From Camelus dromedarius (taxonomy: Eukaryota): DNA of 64,000 nt. Location: the NCBI RefSeq assembly GCF_036321535.1, contig NC_087437.1, positions 81,408,001 through 81,472,000 on the forward strand. The letters are read 5' to 3'. The position numbers were made by a program, and so were the translations under genes. The notes beneath the pieces are model-generated. The model searched no databases and was not told the DNA's origin. It saw only the letters and a list, made by a program, of their open reading frames with translations. How positions within the stretch are numbered: the first letter of the stretch is position 1; every line of letters starts with the position of its first letter. Positions 37,910 through 50,452 of this stretch are shown here, one piece after another.

Positions 37910-38634
37910 TTTCTGGGCCAAGAGAAATTCACCAGCTTACTCACCTTTCTTTGTTCTGCATGCCTTTGCTCTTCAGGTGGCTCCTATGCTCCCCAGAGCA
38001 AGATGTTCCAAATAAGATCTCAAGGACTGATTGCTTCATGTAGAGAGGTGACTCAATACTGGTAGAAGTTTGTTGCCTATAAACTAAAATATGCTGAACT
38101 CTGATGCTGAACCCTAGAAGATGAGCCCTCAAATTCTTTTATAGTTTTAAATTTACCTCTGCATCTTGCTCCTGAGAACCTCACCTCCTCTCTTCATCTC
38201 TTCTGACTTGTTGCTTTTAAATTTCCTTACCCATTTTTCTCCCCTTTTAATTTTTCTCTTTTATATCCCCCAAATCTGAGCAGATGGGCACAGGTATGTG
38301 GTCAAGATTGAAAGAGAGATAGGTTCAATGATGCTTAGGGTAGGAACCATACTGTGGGAAATAGTTTAATTTTCCTTCTAGAAACCCCAGTTTAAGGGAG
38401 AGACAAATCCAAAATTTATAGCAACTAGACAAGAGCTTCAGCCAAGAACCACCAGTCTCATGTAAACACCAGCCCTCCTGAAAATAGTAGTATGAAATCT
38501 TAAGCTTATCTGAGGCAAGATGAGTTGATATCGTCAATGTCCTGTATAAAATAGCACTATGATTTACACCTTCAGATACTATTCTAGATCCCAACTCTCT
38601 CCATTTAGTGTAATTGTTTTACAGAAATCATGGC

Positions 38635-39532
38635 ACACTAGTGTTGCATAAGAGGCCACTCCAAAACTTAGCGATTTAAGACACAACCACCATTTATTTG
38701 CTCGTAATCAGGTAATTTGGGCAGGACTCAGCAGTGATGGCTTCACTTCACATGATCAATGAGCCAAGTCATCCGGAAACTTGACAGGAGCTTCAAGGAT
38801 CCAGGATGGCCTTCTCACATATCTGGGATCTCAGCTAAGGTTGACTAGAAAGGCCAAGTTGGCTGGACTTCTCTCTCCCTCATGCTCTTTTCTCCATCAG
38901 GATCTCCTCCTTCTTGAAGATTTCCCCACAGAATAGCCTTCCCTTTGCATTCAGGCTGGGTTCCAAGACAGAAACAGGGTAAGTTTGCAAGACCTCTTAA
39001 AGTCTAAGATCATAATTTGCTCAGTGTCACATTTACCACATTCTATTGGTCAAATATTATCACAAGGTCCATCCAGTTTCAATGATGGATGGAACTATGA
39101 GAAGGATGGAATTCAAGGAGACCGAATTCACTGGGAGCTATGATGTGGAATTTTATGTGTCAACTAAGCTAGGCCATGGTACCAGTTATTGGTCAAACAT
39201 TATTCTGGATGTTTCTGTGAAGGTTTTTTTTTTAGATAAGATTAATGTTTCAATCTGCAGACTTTGAGTAAAGTGATGACCCTCATCCAAGCAGTTGAGG
39301 GCCTTAATAGAAAAAGACTGACCTCCACTGAAGAGGAAATTCTGCCAGCAGACTGCTTTCATACTCAAACTGTGGTATTGACTCTTCCCAGCCTGCCTTC
39401 CCAGGCAGCCTAATTGTTAAAAGCTTAGTAGTCTATCTTGCAGATTTTGGACTTGCCAACTTCCACAATGAGTCAGTTCTTTAAAATCTATCATATATAT
39501 TGACTCTGCTTCTGGGGAACCTTGGCTCATAC
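38635..39532. mobile_element. MLT1-type LTR (minus, about 38635-39100) and MLT2-type LTR (plus, about 39140-39532)
   Basis: ccactccaaaacttagcgattt..ccacattctattggtcaaa; ttttatgtgtcaact..ggccatggtaccagttattggtcaaacattattctggatgtttctgtgaagg. Confidence 0.7.
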
Positions 39533-40000
39533 AGGGGGTATTTTGCAACAAGCACCATGCATTTTCCAGATAAGACCCATAATCCCCAGAAAGCTTAATA
39601 GGAGTATATGATACTCGAGGAGTTTGTGACCTAGTTAGAGAGCAGGCACATAAAATGTTAGAGCACACCAAAGATAATGCAGGAGTCACTAGTTGATAGA
39701 TGATTCACTCTCCAATGTCACTCTACCTGCCTGAGGAAGGCTGGACAAAAAGACCAGTGAAGGAAACACGCCAACCTGAGTGGAACCATAAAAGAGCATA
39801 AATGTATAACCAAGCCAAATTGTCAGCAGTTTTCTTAATAAGGATAACACATTTAATGGTCGGTAATAAACTTAGGAGCGATAATATTGTCCTCCCTGGC
39901 ATTTGCCGTATAACCTCTGGCTTACTATTTTTCAGCTCAAATGCATGCCTTATTTTGAAGTCTAAAAGATTAAACTTTAAACTTAGGTTAGAGTAACAGA

Positions 40001-40471
40001 TGTATTAGTTTTCCATGGTGGCTGTAAGAAAGTTCCTCAAACTGAATGACTTAACAGAAAGTTATTGTCTCACAGTGCTGGAGGCTTGGGAGCCCGAGAT
40101 CAAGTTGTTAGCAGGGTCACGCTCCCTCCCTCTCAAGGTGCTAGGGAGGAGTCTGTTCCAGTCCTCTCTCCCAGCTTCTGGGGGTTCACCGGCATCTTTG
40201 GCTTTCCTTGACTTGTACACACATCACCCCAGTCTATGCCTTCCTGTTCACATGGCCTTCTCCCTACATTTATGTCTTTCTCCAAATTTCCTCCTTTTAT
40301 AAGAACACCAGTCATATTGGAGTGGGGCCCACCCCACTCCAGTATGACCTCATCTCAACTAAAATAATTATACCTACAGCAACCTGATTCCAAATAAGGT
40401 CACATTCTGAGGTGCTGGAGGTGAAGGACTTTAACATATGAATTTGGGCAGACACAACCCAACCCGTAACA
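40001..40471 (-). mobile_element. MLT1C-like MaLR LTR
   Basis: tgtattagttt..ccaaataaggtcacattctgagg..aacccgtaaca. Confidence 0.85.
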
Positions 40472-40632
40472 ATGGATTAGAATACTAATAAATTAAAGTC
40501 TAAGATTAAAAAAATAATAACCCAAACTCTACCTCTAACAATGCTTGTGGTCTGACTAGTTATTTGCGTTAAGGAAACTTCTTTTAGGATGTGAAACTGG
40601 TACTTTGGCTTATGAGTTGTGTTTCCATGCTC

Positions 40633-40650
40633 TGCCACTAGAGGGTAGCA
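40633..40650 (+). promoter_or_regulatory. Candidate CTCF site between TMEM45A and ADGRG7
   Basis: TGCCACTAGAGGGTAGCA is close to the CTCF core consensus; motif match only. Confidence 0.5.
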
Positions 40651-40855
40651 GCACTGCTGTTGTTTTTCCTGCTGTTAAGCCTATTTTGCTGCAGTATCTT
40701 CAGTACTCAGCCGTTCACCCACAATGTAAGCACATTGGATATGAGGTAAATTTCCACACATTTCTTGGGGGAAGGGGAATGGGGAAGGTATCCTACACTG
40801 GCAAGAATGGAGTGTCCCGGTCATCCCTGTCCTGGTGATTCCTCTTCTGGGTCTC

Positions 40856-41254
40856 TGCTCTGGACTGAATGTTTGTGTCCCCTCTAAATTCATGTGTTGA
40901 AGCTCTAATCTTTAGTGTGATGGTATTTGGAAGTGAGGCCTTTGGGAGGCAATCAGGTCATCAGGGCGGAGCCCTCGTGATGAGATTAATGCCCTTATAA
41001 AAAAGAAGCTGGAGGGAGACAACCTGTCCCTCCCACCAGGAAGTGGGCCTTTACCAGACACCAGAGCTGCTGGCACCTTAAGCTTGGACTTCCCAGACTC
41101 CAGAACTGTGAGAATAAGCATTTGTTGTTTAAGTCACCTATTATATCTATTATACCTGAATCTATCTATATATCATATCACAAATATATCTATTATTATA
41201 TCTATCTAAAACGTCCATTGTGCTCTATTATAGTAGCCCAAACTGACTAAGATA
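40856..41254 (+). mobile_element. MLT1A-like MaLR LTR
   Basis: ggactgaatgtttgtgtccc..aactgactaagata; TSD gtctc/gtttc. Confidence 0.85.
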
Positions 41255-42870
41255 GTTTCTGATCAGACTCAAATCACCAGAGATATTCCAACAGAAGCCA
41301 AAGTCTCTTCCTCTGAATGGGACTTCTGTGTGGGGAGCAGGGCTGGGGGACAGATGGTCTTAGGAATAAGGCGGGTGCCTCTAGGAAGGAACAGAGCCAT
41401 TCACTGTGCAGTCATGTAGCCTCTGAAGTGGAAAGAGCCCTCTCTTCTGGCATCAGGAGATTTATATCCCATCATGGGCTTGGCCACTAACTGGCAGCAT
41501 GATTGGACAAGTCACTAACTCTCTGGTCTCAGAAAGCTTACCTAGAGATAATCTTTTGGACCTATTTTTCTCTGAATAATATCTTCCCTTGATTTTTCTC
41601 TCTTATTTCTACTCCTATAGCTCCCCTTTCAATGCTAAAGATTGAGAAAGATTCCTTAGGTGCTATAATAGAGATAAAAGTAGTATGGTTGTCTTTCGGG
41701 GATTATAATATGGTAAGAAGGGAGAGTTTATGAGGAGACACAATTAGAGGACTGAACAGCATATGATCCAATGTTGCTCTGGGCTCCGTGCTATAAGAAT
41801 TTATAGACAGATGAGAGTGGGTTGAGCACAGTGGGAAAAGAACACTTTGAACTGGGCCTTAAAGAATCTCCAGAAGTTAAGCTGCAAGGAGGAGGAGGAA
41901 AGGGAGGGTGATTAATAAGATGAAGCTATGGAAATTAAAAGAAACAAGTTTTAGGGAACAGAGAACAAGTCAGCCTGATTCGCACAAGAGCTGAATTGGA
42001 TAATATGAGACACACTGAATTACACTCAGAGCGACTTTACTGTATTCAAGTATGATGCTAATCAATGTAAACTTTCATAGTGAGACCAAGTAAACCTGAG
42101 TCGGTTTCCGAGCAGACAAGACAGTTGCCCCATCCTCGGTCGCTAAGCCCTCTGATTACTTGGCCGAGCTTATTCCTGCGTTTTACAGCCTGTGTGTGTT
42201 TTGGCTTCAGACACAAATCTATTATATTGGGCACCATGCCCAGCTTCTAAAAAGCTTTAATCCTCCCTTTAGGACATTTGAAAACAGGCAGAACAGCTCA
42301 AGTTCATGAGAGGAACCAGATGAGAGGAACTTTCTCGCCTCCTTTTTAACATTTCACATTAGTCATAGTGATTCCTCCCACGGCCCGTACCAGCACTGAA
42401 CGAGGATGTGCTGCCCCTGCTTCAAGGGGCTAAAGGCTGAGAGACACTGATAGCCAGTCTCAGAGCTACTGAATTAGCTTTAAAAGAGAGTGACCTAGAA
42501 TGTAGTAGGATTATCACCTTGATATCTGTAAAAATTGGATAGTCTCACCAGATAGGAAATACATGGAGGGGGATAAGTGCAGGATTACATCAAGTTCAGA
42601 AGTCTGTACACTTAGAAGGAAATATATTCAGTATCTTCAGAGCTAAAGAATAATGAAATCCCATTAAATGACATGACAGCCTGGGTGGGGGTTGCAGATT
42701 TTCAGGAGTAGGCAGAAAAGACAGATAATTTTAAGTATGACTTCAGCTGGGAAAGGCACTTTCTCTGTGCTATGGAAGACTGAGAGTCAGCCTGTGTGGA
42801 GTGTCTGATGTAGTGACTATAACAGGATTCAGCAGGTGCCATGAGGTTCACTGTCAAGAATCCTGTCCCA

Positions 42871-43194
42871 AATTTTATTTACAAACCAGAAATAGACTCA
42901 CAGACATAGAAAACAAACTGTGGCTACTGGTGGGTGGGGGGAGGGGTGGGAAGAGGGAAGGAGGGATAGATTGGGAGTTTGGGATTGACAGATACACATT
43001 ACTGTACATAAAATAGATAAACAACAAGGACCTACTGTATAGCACAGGGAACTGTATTCAATTTCTTGTAATGAGCTGTAATGGAAAAGAAACTGAATAT
43101 ATATATATGTATGTATAACTGAATTGCTGTGCCACACACCTGAAACTAGCATTGTAAATCAACTACATTTCAATAAAAAAATAAGAATTAAAAA
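42871..43194 (+). mobile_element. Young L1 3' UTR fragment
   Basis: Perfect TSD aagaatcctgtccca at 42856-42870 and 43195-43209. Confidence 0.9.
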
Positions 43195-46100
43195 AAGAAT
43201 CCTGTCCCATTCAATATCAGATTCCAATATTTCAACAAGCAAGCTGGATGTTCCCTGACATTGCCTGTCATAAATGAATCATTTCCTTAATTAACAGTAA
43301 GCCTATTTTACCATGGAAAGACTTTGAAGTTAAGAACAGAAATGTTTAAGAGCATCAAAATCATAACACACAAATCAAATTTGTGTGTTAAGGAATTGTG
43401 CATGTGTAGCATTTTAGGTATTTATAATTTTAAAAATAATTTATCTATGCAGATTAGTCTTATAAGTTCAATTTCTAAATGTGCAATAGCCTAACAAATT
43501 TACACTTGTGAGTTTAGGTTGAACTATAAGTTTACACAGTATTGGAACATTTAAGGAAACTTAAGTTTCACCACATTTGTAAGTTTAATAAATTCAATTT
43601 TGTTAATAATAACTTAATAAGTTGAGATGATTTCTCAGTTAATTCAAGTTCTTAAGAAGGATATAAAAATTCATAAATACAGTTTCAGATGTTTAAAGGG
43701 AAATCTAGATATCTAAGTGTAAAACTGTATGCAAACATTAAAGTCTCCTTAAAATTGAGTGCTAAAATTGGCCAGACTTAAAAATAGAGTGATAATTTCA
43801 TACACTGAACTTACAAGTATAAAAATGGCTTACTTTTTTCATTTTTACTGGCTTAGATCAGAAACCCAGTCACTCTCTTCACTGCACATCTCTTGAAGCA
43901 CTCCTCCAAGCTTAAGGCAAAAATCTTCCTTAATCGCCATTTATTTAGGGTCAATTCTTTTCTACTATTTCATGTATGCCCTGCAGGCTCTCAGTTTTCT
44001 CCATCCAGAGTTCACATTAGACAGCATATAGAATTTCCGGATCTCTTCCCCATGTGCACAAACTTCTCCTTCATACTTTTTTATCTATTGATTCCTTGTA
44101 TTGGGGAGGATTCTCACTTCTCAGCTTTTCAAAATGTTCCTGTAGTCCCCAGGGACTCCTGCACCACCTTATTAATCCACATCCAAGATACAATCAATAC
44201 AACTCTATAAATGACCCCTCACCCCACCCTGATGACTTAATGATGAGGAGGACACCAAGATGGTCATAACCTGATCTCCCCTTTCAACAGTGAGCTGGAA
44301 GTCAGTGCAATTAGAGGCTGCAGTTTCTCAAGCAAAGGGTTTGAGAGATTACAGAAATCACCGAGGAGCTAGAACCACAGCAACAGCCAATGTTTATATC
44401 ACGCTGAGTTATTTAAAGAGTTTCTTTACTTTGGTATGAGAAATAAAGCATGGGATATCCATGAAGTGGTCTGGCAAAAGCTCAGGATTTGAGACCCTAG
44501 GTTGTTAGAAGAGTTGAGATAAAATACGAACGAAAGTAAGGGAGGGTGCCCTCCTCCTGCCCCTTCCTTGGTGAAGGCTACTATAAAGTTCTAATAATGG
44601 TGTTCAACATATTGCTTACTGCAGGGACTAGAGGCAGCCAGCCCCAAACTGTAGACTTGGACCTGAACCAAAGTTCCTCCTCTGAGAACTTACAAGGGTG
44701 CCTCTCACTTGTATTCTCTCTGTGGAGAGACTGGAGGAATGGATGTTTCTGCTCTGTCATAAAGGCTGCCAGAATATTTGCATTTACACAGTTTTCAAAA
44801 TTCTGTCCTTAATCTGGTTCAAACTAATTATTCTTAGAGTTCCTGCTCAGGCCGAGATATCTGCAATGCCATTTTCATGTACCTGCCGCTGACAGCTCTC
44901 CCTTTTGAAATACAAACATGTCAAAATCACAGAAACTTGCTAGACTAGGAAAAAACCCTAAGACATAGCACACACATGAGCAGACTGCCATGATCACCTG
45001 GGGACCGTGGCATGTGAGCATCTCACAGTTCAGAAACACACTAAGAAAGACACTAAGGTCTACTGCATGGTTCAAGATTAACCTTTCTATCAGTTCTTTC
45101 CAATCCTGACACCAAAACAGGAATGGGCCCAGTTCTTTGGTCTAAAGAATCCACTCACCCTCCTTTTCAATGGCACGTGATAAGACCACACTCCTGGATT
45201 TGTCAGTGCTTCTGGAATGCCAGGGAGCTTCAGGTTTTAATTGCCCATGCATCACCTCCAGCTACCTACTACCCTCTAGACTGCCTCTTTTCCTCCATGT
45301 GCAAGTCAACCATCACAAGCTCCCACAGCCCTCCTTATCTCTTCCATCACAGCAAGGACTGGCCTTTCTGACTAACATCCTACTAAATTAGCTTCAGTTT
45401 CATCTCAGAGATTCTAGATTCCTAAAACGTAACAGCCAGAGAGGGCCCCATGATTCCTCCAACTCAATCCCCTAACTTCAGAAAGAGGGACAGGGTAAAT
45501 GGTGAATCCCCAGAGGCTGGTTAATGAGAGAGCCAGAATTAGAAACAAGACTTGACTCTTCAACTGGGACTACTTAGTCCACAGCAGACGAGGTAAGGTA
45601 AAGGCTCTGAATTTTCACCCAGAAATTCCCTAAAGGGTGTTTCCTTATTTTAACCCTTCCATTATTTCAGCAGAGGGGATGGCATGGTGGCCATACTATG
45701 CTGTGTGATGACTTTTTACTCCATGGATAACATCCTTACTCTCCTTTCCCAAATTCTCAGGGCTCTGCCACCGTGTGTCCTTTTGCAGCCATGGATCAGC
45801 CCACACATCTCTGAATGAGTGCACGACTCAGGATGACAACCGGTTCACTTTTCCCAGGAGAGAAAGCAGTGCCACAGAAAGAGACGGCTCACAAACAGGG
45901 ACTTCAGTATCACAAAGCTTCTTTCTGACGCAAAGGCAGAGCACAGTTGAATAACAAAATAGATATCTGAGGTGTTTGAACCAAGACCTGTACATTCATT
46001 AATTTCTCATTGCGGCAACAATACAGACGAGTGTAAATCCATTTTTAAGAGTTACAAATAGTAGCAAGCCCAGGAAACTTGAGCAGATACATCTATAAGG

Positions 46101-46392
46101 CAAATAAAACAAGTATTTTTCGTAATGAGGGCATCCAACTTGAGATGACCTGGGAAGAGCCACTGCACCAGGGCTGATGCACAAAGTGAATTTATCATCC
46201 AAAGTATTTTCAACCCTAAAAATAAAACATTTAAATTCAAATACTTCAACAACATTGGAAATACAAACAGTACACCAAGAATTATTTGTAATCAGTTGTC
46301 CTCCAAACAAAAGGTGAAATAACAAAAATCATGATTAAAAGTGATTGGAAAAAAGAAAAATTCCATCCAGAAAGACTAGACAACCATCAAAA

Positions 46393-46486
46393 TCACATCT
46401 CTTCTTCTGACTCTTGTTCTTGTTCTGCATTTTTCAGGAGTCCAATTTCTGAGGGGCAGGACCTCTTAAGTCGAGATTTAACCAAC
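46393..46486 (-). CDS. TMEM45A: TMEM45A last coding exon to stop codon
   Basis: Acceptor ttctcctcag|G; LVKSRLKRSCPSEIGLLKNAEQEQESEEEM then TGA at 46395-46393. Confidence 0.95.
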
Positions 46487-47040
46487 CTGAGGAGAATGAA
46501 AGGCATCTCGTATTATGCTGTTGCAAAGACCCAAAACAATATGTATCTATAATACAACAAACTCTAAATTACCTGTGCAAATGGAAGAGACACCTCCCCA
46601 AAATAAAATCACTTTTATTTGGCTTTGGAGTTACCTGGAAATGTTTTGTGGATTACAGCAGTGTATAAGCAAAAAGATACAATATAGCTCTTACGTGTAT
46701 AACATGACTGTCTACATCATATTCATAATGTATAACTTTAATCATTTCTAAAACAAATAAGAGAATCTCTGGGCTTCAGCAAGCCCAGAGGAAACCAAGC
46801 TCAGCTGTATATTACAAAAAGGAGCCCTCTCCTGTAAGGGATGTGCATGAAGGCATCTGTCCATGTAAGCCTGCTGTCCAGTCTGGGCTGGGCTGCAGCC
46901 CCCACTCCAGAGGGGTGCTTTTTGTGCTGGCCACAGGCTGCTCAGCTGTGTGCGATGGTCCATGATGAATTAAGAAGTTGAGAGAAATGACCTCCACTCT
47001 TGTGACTGTTTTCATAGATTAAGAGAATCTGTAGGTTTGG

Positions 47041-47153
47041 AGGCTGGGGGGAGGGTCTATCTCAGTGGTAGAGCACATGCTTAGCCTTCACAAGGTCCTG
47101 AGTTCAATCCCCAGTACGTCCATTATAAATAAATAAATAAACAAACCTAAAAA
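47041..47153 (+). mobile_element. Vic-1-like camelid SINE
   Basis: gggggagggt..ctcagtggtagagcacatgcttagc..caaggtcctgagttcaatccccagtac plus (aaat)n tail; 20-bp TSD aagagaat(c/t)tgtaggtttgg at 47021-47040 and 47154-47173. Confidence 0.88.
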
Positions 47154-49999
47154 AAGAGAATTTGTAGGTTTGGGAGAAATGGCAATGATAATTTTCGACA
47201 TTAGAAGATATGAAGCTTCTTAGCAGCCAAAACTTAGCAGGCTCTCCACATCTCTGATGTAATAAGAATTAGGCAAAGATTTCCTGTGCATGATTATTTG
47301 TAACGACATCGTGCTGTGACCATATTGATAAGACACAGTTGACTTCAAGAAATACATAGAAATATGCAAGCAAACGGATAAACCAAATCATCAAAAGCAT
47401 TCTCGTTGTATGAAAAAATGTCACCAGCCAATCTGCATCTTTACACTTAGTTTCTGACTCTCTTCTTCCAGTGAAGGTCTGGCCTGCCCCTCTCAATATG
47501 CAAAGCTTTTACTTGTGCTTTGAATCCCACTAGGGTATAGGCTTCATGAGAGCAGAGACTTCATCCTACTGCCCTCACCATAGCCAGAATCTAGGACAAT
47601 GTCTGGAACATAGTCATGGCTCACCACACATTTGATGAGTTAAGGGCCTAAGGCGTAATCGGCCAGGAGTTCAGATCACTCATCTATTCAGAGGTAATTC
47701 TTCAATCACTTCAAACTCAGCACTAATTCCTCCCACAGACAACAACAGCTAAGCAGGATCCATATCATCCATTGACTCATCAAGAGCCAAGAAAAGCCGC
47801 TCATTGGACCACTAATGTTGCTCTCAATGTCCTCAACTCTTCAAGGCACCATTCTCACCAAAGGCTAATAGTCCTAAATACACTGATAACTAGGACAGCA
47901 TGTCATTTTTTAAATACACACAGTTAATTCCACATTGCACAGCCTGAATATGTGCTAAATGAAAGGGATTAACTAGTTAATTCATCCATTAGATTCATTC
48001 CTGATGACCTTGTGGAATATAACACAAAGGATTGGCTACTTAATCGCAAATTAATCACCAACACAGACCCTACTGGCTCCTCCTGTTTCCCACTCCCCCT
48101 TGCTGGGTTGTATCTGCTGTTGCTACGAGCCATGGAGCTACGGCATATGCAGGCTCTGTCCGCACCCTGAAGCCCTCGATATTGACACACGCAGAAATGG
48201 CAACTGGGGACAGACTGAGGGATGGAGTAATAAAGAGGAAGTGCAAACAATTGCTAGTTCCCAGAATGACGCAAGTCCAGGGAACTAAGGTCAGGATGTA
48301 TCTGGTCTTTTGCTCCTAGGTGTTCTCTTCGATTAATATGAGAGCTGAGCTGAGAGGCTGGGTCTCCTTCCAGAGTCTATCTGGAAATCAAACTGTTTTG
48401 TTCTTCAGAACGGCTCACATGAATCATTGCTTGGAAAACCAACCTGAAAATGGGCACTATTTCTCTATCTATAGAGTGGGGCTTTTAGAACAGTTCTACA
48501 CAACAGTGGTGTTTAAATATGAAATACACTAAGACACATAATAAGATTTCCAAACAGCTAGGTCTGTCCTATGAGCTGTCATAATGAGAACTGCAGGCAT
48601 GGAACTAGATGAAGCAATCTTGGAACCATTATTCTGGAAAGCTGGGAGGCGTAGTTTCATTTGTCAGAGATTTCAGGGGCAGTAGTTCCATAACCCAGTT
48701 TTGTTGCCATAGTGATCTCTGTGCCCTGTCAAACAAGTTCTGATATAATGTCCTCAAAACCCATCACCTGTGACTGAGTTAGAAACCACTTCACATTCAA
48801 ACCCTGGCAAACAGGGTTTCAGAGCTCTTCATGATTACAGGATTGAATTATCCTGCCTGTGACCTCACTGAAAGTCAGTACCAAATCTTCATTTTTTTAA
48901 GGTATTGCTTAAGTTTCTATCAAAATATATCACCAACATGAGCTCTTGCATCTTATATTTTGAAAGCAAAATGAGAGCAAGCCCGAAAAGCATACAAAAC
49001 ATGATTTCTAAACAAATAAAGCCTATATCTGAGTAGCTCTGTAACAGATCTATCAAAACAGCAAATAAATGTTTATTGGGTACCTAATATATGTTTGACA
49101 GTATGCCAAGGACCGTGAGGAATGTGAAAAAGGTCTTTTCCTCCAAGTGACACAATCTAGTTAGCAGATAAGCATAACCTGAGCTAACTGTAAACATCAC
49201 AAGATAGATCACGACTGTTAAAATGTGTGGTGGAGACTGCAAAAACTCATGAAGGGAGCTAAGCAAAGGCTAGAATAATCACAGAAGTGTTCAGAGAAGA
49301 GATGATCACGTAATTCGGATACGTCAGGTACAGGCAACGACATGGTCAAAACGTTAAAGGTGCTGAGGAAGGATGGGGGTTTGGCAGAACTAAACATGGA
49401 GTGTCTGGTTTCTAGAAAACTGGAAGTGGGCAGGAGATTCATTAAGGGTCTGAAGGTTTTTGAAACAGGAAGAGACAGTAGTCTTCTTCTGGCTCTGGAA
49501 GGGAGCTGACAGGAGGTAGCGAGGTTCCTTGAATGCTGCCATTGTTCTTGGAGGCTGCCCAGCCCCTAAAGAGATGAGGCCCAGAAGTCAGCCTAGAACA
49601 AAAGAGGAAGAAGCCAAGTTTCACTCAATGGCAGAGCCAGCCCTGACAACCAGCTCACGCTCATGCTTCAGGGGAAGGGACTAATAGAAACCAGTGAGTG
49701 AGAAGGTAGAATTTCCCAGCACCTGTAGCACTTAGACCTCTAGAGGGAGGTAACTACAGATCAAAGTGGGCCGCCCCGAGGCCTACCAGAGACACTTGGG
49801 AGCTAGACGAGGAAATGGCTTCCTCACTCAGAGACATGGCACCAAAGCTACTTCAGCCGTGAAGCTCAAAGAAGCACAAAGCGGGAGAGGTGTCCTGGGG
49901 CAAACGTCTAGAGAGAGCAGTAGAAAGCAAATCTGGGCAGAGGCTGAGACCCCACTGAGCCTAGAAGGAGCTCCTGCAATTTAGAGATCTAGAGAAACT

Positions 50000-50140
50000 G
50001 CTAGATGTGTACTGTCCAATATGGTAGTCACTATGCATATATGGATATTAAAATTAACTAAAATTAATGTGCTCAGTAACCACACATAGCTCACGGACAC
50101 CAACATGAAGACTGAAGATAGAGAACATTTCAATCAATGC
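50000..50140. mobile_element. MER3-like hAT fragment
   Basis: ctgtccaatatggtagtcacta..tgtgctcagtaaccaca..gatagagaacatttc. Confidence 0.55.
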
Positions 50141-50452
50141 CAAACCCTGAAGGATTAGGTGCTGGAGCCTGCATGACTAGTAGTTGGGACCAGCCAGGCT
50201 AACTGTACTTCGCCATTAACTACCATGCTGATGGAAATAATAAGGAACCATGCGCACTCTTTTCTATTCCTATTCATCCTTCAAGCTGCAGCTTAATTCT
50301 CAACTGTGAGGAGGTGGTCTGGGCTGTGACAGTGTTCTCTTCTTATAATATTTCCATTTAGCGTATTGTATTTAAATTGTCTCTCCACATAGGGTCTATA
50401 CTTTATGCATTTTTTGATACAAAAGGAGGAGGAGAACAAGAAGAAGAAGAAT

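Noticed and set aside
37571..38065. Longest ORF in the track (164 aa)
   Set aside because: GTG start, poly-K comes from a genomic poly(A) run at about 37873-37906, no recognisable domain and no convincing TSD for a retrocopy.
47046..47125. tRNA-like A and B boxes (also at 21921-21995)
   Set aside because: A-rich tails, a TSD at the 47041 copy and no acceptor stem indicate SINEs, not tRNA genes.
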